In this document: positions 58,952-64,000 of the stretch, in pieces
Layout: every line of letters starts with the position of its first letter
How positions within the stretch are numbered: position 1 is the stretch's first letter
Assembly: GCA_963809925.1 (NCBI GenBank)
Contig: CAWELH010000007.1
Span: 6,133-70,132, forward strand
Length of the DNA: 64,000 nucleotides
Source: an uncultured Bacteroidales bacterium
GTDB taxonomy: Bacteria > Bacteroidota > Bacteroidia > Bacteroidales > GCA-2748055
Direction: 5' to 3'
Notes under the pieces: generated by a model
Seen by the model: the letters and a program-made list of their open reading frames with translations, nothing else
Databases searched by the model: none
What the model was told of the DNA's origin: nothing
Program-made: the position numbers and the translations under genes

Positions 58952-60413
58952 AACTAATATTCAATTGCTTCTGAAGAGTTAAAAACAAATTATATTTCTT
59001 CTGGTATTCATCCCTGAGAGACGGATCAGGTTTCACAAGATTGAAGGTGGCTGCAGGTGGGTTCACTATATCTTTTCCTTTTTTAACCGCGGTCATATGG
59101 TTAATCAGTCCCCTGATCGCCAATTCCGGATCTTCTGAGACCTGAATTTCACGACCCAGCACAGAAGCCCTGATCAGGTTGAGCAAGCTGTTCTTTGATG
59201 TTCCGCCGCCGGAAAACAAGCTACCCGGAAGAGTCCCGTTTATAGATAATAATGACTGCCGACGGGCGAAGGCGATGGATTCCAGGATAGAACGAAACAA
59301 ATGGGCGCGGGTATGAATTGTTCGTAGTCCGATAAAGGAAGCCGTAAGAGCGCTGTTCCAGAAAGGAGCGCGTTCCCCTTCAAGATACGGGATGAACACG
59401 GGGCAATCCGATGGTTTGAGCTGTTCTGCTTCCGTGGTAAGAGCGGACAATATTTTTTCATCCGTCTCATTCCCAAGAATGTTTTCAATGAACCAGGTTA
59501 CCAGGTTCCCTCCCGTATTTGCACTTCCATAACTTACAAAGCCATCGTCAAGGGCCACAACCATATGTGTTTTTCCGGGCAAAGGCGATTTTTTAAAGTA
59601 AAAGCCAGCAATCTCGGAAGTATTCCCCAGAATGAATGCATCACCATCATGAAGTGTCATGCTCAGAAAAGAAGCATAAAAATCGGCCATAGAAGGAAAG
59701 ACAAAGGTCTTTTCCGGAAATCCAAAACGATTTCCGATCTCAGGAAGAACAGGCTTAGATTGCTCTGTGATCTCAGGAAACCGGGCCTCCTCCAACCCGA
59801 GGTATTCGAGGTATCTCCTAACATACGTTTTCCCGGTCTGATGTACCATACTTACCTGTGCACTGAAATGTGTGGTAAGTGAATTTGTTAGTTTAGTGAA
59901 GATGGCATCACCGGCCTGAATGAAATGAGTGCCTGGAAGAAAACCTGCCTGGTTTGCAGCCATAAGCTTAGTAAGGAGCCAGTTGGTTCCCAAAGGCAGG
60001 TATGAAGCCATATTCTTCAGGGCACGTTCACCTCCGGTAAGGTGCTCAAGTTCTTCTAGTGCGGTAGAGCTGGTGCTGTCAAGCCAAACGGAGAAACGGT
60101 TCCGGACAGGCTGCTGTATAGCATCGTCCCACTCCAGTAAACTGGAAACATGACTACATATCCCGATATAGCATTTTTCAATACCTTTCTCACTGAGAAA
60201 ATGTCCGAGTAAGCCGAATAGTTCAAAAACCTTTTCCTCCATGGAATGATAGTCCGAAAGCACCGACCCCCCTGCAGCATAAATCAGTTCATTATTAATG
60301 CGTCCGGGGAAAATGATTTCTTTTGAAATCCCCGGACAATAGACACCGAGCTTGATGACCGATGTCCCAATGTCGAGTGCGGCAAAGGCTATATTTTCAT
60401 TATCCCTGTTCAA
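58944..60413 (-). CDS. FGGY-family carbohydrate kinase
   Basis: N-terminal AALDIGTSVIKLG phosphate-1 motif and C-terminal GGGTSKNSLLNLIRASVLGREI. The TTG start overlaps the upstream TGA (TTGA); the stop overlaps the next start by 8 nt. Confidence 0.85.
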   Translation of the reverse strand: MNRDNENIAFAALDIGTSVIKLGVYCPGISKEIIFPGRINNELIYAAGGSVLSDYHSMEEKVFELFGLLGHFLSEKGIEKCYIGICSHVSSLLEWDDAIQQPVRNRFSVWLDSTSSTALEELEHLTGGERALKNMASYLPLGTNWLLTKLMAANQAGFLPGTHFIQAGDAIFTKLTNSLTTHFSAQVSMVHQTGKTYVRRYLEYLGLEEARFPEITEQSKPVLPEIGNRFGFPEKTFVFPSMADFYASFLSMTLHDGDAFILGNTSEIAGFYFKKSPLPGKTHMVVALDDGFVSYGSANTGGNLVTWFIENILGNETDEKILSALTTEAEQLKPSDCPVFIPYLEGERAPFWNSALTASFIGLRTIHTRAHLFRSILESIAFARRQSLLSINGTLPGSLFSGGGTSKNSLLNLIRASVLGREIQVSEDPELAIRGLINHMTAVKKGKDIVNPPAATFNLVKPDPSLRDEYQKKYNLFLTLQKQLNISYE

Positions 60414-61567
60414 TATTCATTTTCCTTATATTTTTTTTTAATCAGATGGAACAATGTTTCCTCTGGTTGAAGTGAACAAACCCCCGTTAGAATATCATCG
60501 ATTCCACGCTTTTGAATTTCATTTTGGAGGCTGAAGCCGGTATCCTTATCCTGAAAGAAAAATCCTGCCAGTATACCTTCTATCAATCCTTCAGGGTGAA
60601 TACCATGTTTTATCGCCAGTAAGGCGGGACCAATTAGCCGGTCATCTCTGCCAAGTTTGCGGGCCGGATCTGCACCGTTCCTTGATATAGGATCGGGAAG
60701 ACCTTTATCTGAAAATTTTTTGAATGCAGATTCAACCCACTCAGCCTGCTCGTCGGGATCAAAGTTAAATTCTGCAACCTGAGCCTGCGATGTTTCCGCT
60801 GCAGCCAGTCTGGCTGTTTTCAGGATTTCCGGATCAACAGCGGCTTCATAGAGCTGGGTATAGCCCTTTTTATATCCCAGAAAGGTAATAACAGCATTAA
60901 TGCAATTGTAGGTATAGATCTTTCGTCTGACCTGGTTTTTGAAATCGGGCAATGGTTTCAGTCCTATAATTTTCGGCACATTCCCTTTGAAGGCATCGCC
61001 ATCACATGGCAGATCAAAGTAGTCCTGAGCCAGGATATCCAGGGCACATCCTTTGGAAGTATGCAGACAGGTTCTTAGGATCATGGCATCAGAAAAACCG
61101 GCCTTTTCTGTCAACCATTCGATAAAGGCCATATCGCCGGAAAGTGAAGAAATTTTATTCCGTATTGTAGTGGAAGCGTTGCTGAAATTTTCGCACATCA
61201 CAAAATTCAGGGGTTTACCTGGATTTTGCTGGAAGCGTTGACGAAGTGCAGGTAACAAGGTCTCTGCGAGATCCGGCAGGTTATTGCCAAAAACAGCGGT
61301 AAAGGCGATATCGGCATCTACCAGGTATTTCATCCAGCTGTCATTTCCGGTATGAAATACACCGAAGGGATGAATGGTACAATCCTTCGATACATCACCA
61401 ATGATCCTAACTGTATATACCTCATCGCCTTGCATCTGTCTGACCAGCTTTATATTGCTGTCAATCAGGATAATGCGATATCCGCTTAAGTAAGCCAGGT
61501 GTGCGGCAAAACCTCTTCCGGTTTTCCCTGCCCCAAATATGACAGCCAGTGGATGATGACTTGACAT
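60410..61567 (-). CDS. MtlD-family dehydrogenase, paralog 1
   Basis: VIFGAGKTGRGFAAHLAYLSGY, FVMCEN, RRKIYTYNCINA and DPISRNGADPARKLGRDDRLIGP. Same architecture as 57785-58951. Confidence 0.7.
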   Translation of the reverse strand: MSSHHPLAVIFGAGKTGRGFAAHLAYLSGYRIILIDSNIKLVRQMQGDEVYTVRIIGDVSKDCTIHPFGVFHTGNDSWMKYLVDADIAFTAVFGNNLPDLAETLLPALRQRFQQNPGKPLNFVMCENFSNASTTIRNKISSLSGDMAFIEWLTEKAGFSDAMILRTCLHTSKGCALDILAQDYFDLPCDGDAFKGNVPKIIGLKPLPDFKNQVRRKIYTYNCINAVITFLGYKKGYTQLYEAAVDPEILKTARLAAAETSQAQVAEFNFDPDEQAEWVESAFKKFSDKGLPDPISRNGADPARKLGRDDRLIGPALLAIKHGIHPEGLIEGILAGFFFQDKDTGFSLQNEIQKRGIDDILTGVCSLQPEETLFHLIKKKYKENEY

Positions 61568-61578
61568 AAAAAACGGAT

Positions 61579-62352
61579 TTAGGTGGACAAATCGGGATCG
61601 AGAGCAAAACCCCCGTCATATCGTACAAGGCTTCCGGTCATATAAGAGGAGGCATCTGATGCGAGGAAGTAGGTTAGTCCGGCAGCCTCTTCAGGCTTTC
61701 CGGCCCGACCGAGCGGTATGGTTCCTTTTGCCTGTTCTTCAATCTGTGCTGCGGAATAAAACTTCTGTTCACCCTCTGTGTTGAACCAGCCAAGGATAAT
61801 ACCGTTCACCCTAATATGGTCACCTGCCACCGCCCTGGCTATATGGCGCACCATATGGTTTAATGCGGCTTTTGTGAGGGCGTAGGCGAAACCTGTTGGA
61901 TTTACAAATTCACCCTGATTCGAGCTGTGAATAACAATATTTCCGGGCATCGACATTTCTTTCCAATGATCAATAAACAACCTGGACAGGCTGAAGTTAC
62001 CCAAAATATTGACATCGAAGGTCTGCTGCAGCAGTTCTGTGTCCGTCTCACTGAAGGTGGCCTTTTTTTGAAACGCAGCATTGAGGACGAGTACATCCGG
62101 GATTTTACCATCAGCACAGGAAGCCTCGAAAATCCGTCTCACGTGTTTCGGATCACCGACATCTCCCTGAACGAGGATGCCCTTGCCGCCGGCTTCTTCA
62201 ACACGGATAAGGGTTTCTTCAGCACTATCGAGGGCAGAAAGGTAATTTATGATGACGGTAGCCCCATCTTCTGCGAATCTGATGGCACATGCCCGGCCTA
62301 TTCCTTTGCCGGCACCCGTGATCAGAATCTTTTTATTCCTGAAGTCACTCAT
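61579..62352 (-). CDS. short-chain dehydrogenase/reductase (SDR)
   Basis: TGAGKGIGRA cofactor motif, NAAF, the catalytic YALTKAALNHM (YxxxK), 257 aa. Confidence 0.9.
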   Translation of the reverse strand: MSDFRNKKILITGAGKGIGRACAIRFAEDGATVIINYLSALDSAEETLIRVEEAGGKGILVQGDVGDPKHVRRIFEASCADGKIPDVLVLNAAFQKKATFSETDTELLQQTFDVNILGNFSLSRLFIDHWKEMSMPGNIVIHSSNQGEFVNPTGFAYALTKAALNHMVRHIARAVAGDHIRVNGIILGWFNTEGEQKFYSAAQIEEQAKGTIPLGRAGKPEEAAGLTYFLASDASSYMTGSLVRYDGGFALDPDLST

Positions 62353-62368
62353 ATGTGTAATTAACGGT

Positions 62369-63409
62369 TTATGGTATATTTAGTACGGCTTTTACCGCTT
62401 CCCTCTTCTGCAACTTATCGAAGGCTTCTTCCCAACGCTCCAGCGAATATTGATGAGTAATGATCTGGCTGATCTTTGCCTGGTTTCTTTCCAGAATGCC
62501 AATAGCTTTATCCCAGCTGCTGTGTGATGATGTTGCTGAGAAGATCACCTCCAGTACATTCAGGACTGCATCATTGAAGGGAAAAGGGATTTGCCTCTGT
62601 TCAGCGATCCCCAGTGCAATAAATCTTCCACCCTTTCGCAATATCCTGATGCCCTGATCGATTGCTGCTGGCGCACCAGAACAGTCGATCACACAATCGG
62701 CCTTCCAGCCTCCGTTTATTTCCGGAATGATTCGTTCAATATCAGCAGTGGTCGATAAAACTTCTGTTGCTCCCAGTGTGGCGGCCAGGTTATATCGCAT
62801 TCTGGAATTTCCTGTTGGCGTAACACATATGATATTTTTCACTCCAAAGTCAAGCAGTGCGATAAGAGTAAACAATCCAATGGAACCCATACCATAAATT
62901 ACGGTGAAGTCGTCCGCACTGATCCTGCCCCGTTCAATACAGCCATAAACACAAATGGCCATCGGCTCAGCCATGGCGGCTATCTCGGGTGGCAGTACAG
63001 CCGGAATTTTATGCACGCAATAATCGGGTTGAACGGTATATTCTGCATAGACTCCCTGAGATTTCCAGCCCGGAGGCTGTTTTTCCGGACAGAGTTCGTA
63101 ATGCCCGGAAAGGCATTGTTTACATTTCATGCATGCCCCTTTGGCCAGTTCACAGACAACAGGGTCTCCGACAGAGAATGCCTTCTGAACAGCTTTTCCC
63201 AATCCGGCTATCCGACCGCTGAATTCGTGGCCCACAATATTATTGTCGGGCATTTCCATCGAACCATGCAGCACATGCAGATCGGATGTGCATATACCAA
63301 TGGAAGAAACCCTGATCAGAATATCGTTATCGTTCTCCACTTCCGGTGCCGGTGTTTCCACCAGCTGGAAATGAACACCACCATCCGAAAATTTTTTTAT
63401 CGCCTTCAT
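62369..63409 (-). CDS. zinc-dependent medium-chain alcohol/polyol dehydrogenase (sorbitol dehydrogenase-like MDR)
   Basis: GICTSDLH and GHEFSGRIAGLG (catalytic zinc), CxxCxxCxxxxxxxC-type structural zinc region CMKCKQCLSGHYELC, and GMGSIGL Rossmann motif. Confidence 0.9.
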   Translation of the reverse strand: MKAIKKFSDGGVHFQLVETPAPEVENDNDILIRVSSIGICTSDLHVLHGSMEMPDNNIVGHEFSGRIAGLGKAVQKAFSVGDPVVCELAKGACMKCKQCLSGHYELCPEKQPPGWKSQGVYAEYTVQPDYCVHKIPAVLPPEIAAMAEPMAICVYGCIERGRISADDFTVIYGMGSIGLFTLIALLDFGVKNIICVTPTGNSRMRYNLAATLGATEVLSTTADIERIIPEINGGWKADCVIDCSGAPAAIDQGIRILRKGGRFIALGIAEQRQIPFPFNDAVLNVLEVIFSATSSHSSWDKAIGILERNQAKISQIITHQYSLERWEEAFDKLQKREAVKAVLNIP

Positions 63410-63430
63410 CGTCTTTTGTATTCTATATCT

Positions 63431-64000
63431 TTATTTCCAGTCTTCAAAAAACGCTGGTTCCGCCAGCAACTGAACATGTCCGTTTTCAGGCGCAGCAAGC
63501 ATAAACATGATTGCATCAGCAATATCATCCGGATTGAGCATTTTTTCCAGGTTTTGTGTCCCGGATTTTATATGCAGGTTCGTTTTTGTTGAACCTGGAC
63601 ATATGCAGCCGATCCTGATACCATGTTCTCTCAGTTCGAGCTGCAGATTTCTTGAAAAACCGACAATGGCCCACTTGCTCGCCATATATGCCGATGCGCC
63701 CGGCATTCCCGATTTCAGACCCGACATGCTGGACACATTTATAATAATGCCCTGTTTTTGACCGATCATGTATCGGGTCACAGCCTGTGTAACAAGGAAA
63801 GTTCCTTTCACATTTACATCGAAAATAAGATCCCAGAACGCTTCGTCCATTGCCACAAATTCCTTCCATAGTGAGATGCCGGCAGAATTCACAAGCATAT
63901 CGATATTGCCTGCATCACGATAAAACCGATTCACAGCATCGATCACCGCCTCAGGATCCCTGATATCGGCCTCATAGCATTTGATATGCCGGGGCATAAT
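63431..64000 (-). CDS. SDR family oxidoreductase, N-terminus beyond the window edge
   Basis: NSAG, SSMSGLKSGMPGASAYMASKWAIVGF (S...YxxxK) and CPGSTKT. The Rossmann TGxxxGxG region is missing, so the gene continues past nt 64000. Confidence 0.8.
   Translation of the reverse strand: MMPRHIKCYEADIRDPEAVIDAVNRFYRDAGNIDMLVNSAGISLWKEFVAMDEAFWDLIFDVNVKGTFLVTQAVTRYMIGQKQGIIINVSSMSGLKSGMPGASAYMASKWAIVGFSRNLQLELREHGIRIGCICPGSTKTNLHIKSGTQNLEKMLNPDDIADAIMFMLAAPENGHVQLLAEPAFFEDWK

Overview
This is a Bacteroidota-type chromosomal segment. It carries a SusC/SusD pair, a hybrid two-component regulator and eight proteins ending in T9SS C-terminal sorting domains. I saw no rRNA, tRNA or CRISPR array. All family calls come from motifs recognised by eye; no database search, HMM scan or fold prediction was possible.

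Layout, left to right:
- 1-1.7 kb: the 3' part of an IS66-family element.
- 2-6.2 kb: a very AT-rich block with an outer-membrane beta-barrel protein, a T9SS-secreted C10 (streptopain-like) cysteine peptidase, and an orphan type IV pilin / A24 prepilin peptidase pair followed by what looks like a truncated secretion-ATPase N-terminus.
- 6.4-10.3 kb: housekeeping-like hydrolases and a small membrane protein.
- 10.5-12.0 kb: a triple-frameshifted TAT-dependent Gfo/Idh/MocA oxidoreductase.
- 12.1-13.5 kb: an intact higBA module between an Rhs-tip fragment and an XRE fragment.
- 13.8-16.7 kb: a 978-aa PKD protein with a type B T9SS domain.
- 16.7-17.3 kb: a duplicated hairpin/heptamer repeat.
- 17.3-19.5 kb: a GH30-like/esterase fusion.
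- 19.9-25.9 kb: a TolB-like propeller, an Nramp-like transporter lacking the canonical metal motifs, REP-like and tandem repeats, and a ceramidase-like/cupin pair.
- 25.9-56.6 kb: the main system, a large divergently organised polysaccharide utilization locus (PUL). It holds susC/susD, GH88, a GH30-ankyrin fusion, several multidomain T9SS cargo proteins that I cannot place in known catalytic families, and an HTCS regulator.
- 56.9-64 kb: a tightly coupled sugar/polyol catabolic operon (lactonase, two MtlD-like dehydrogenases flanking an FGGY kinase, SDR, MDR, SDR).
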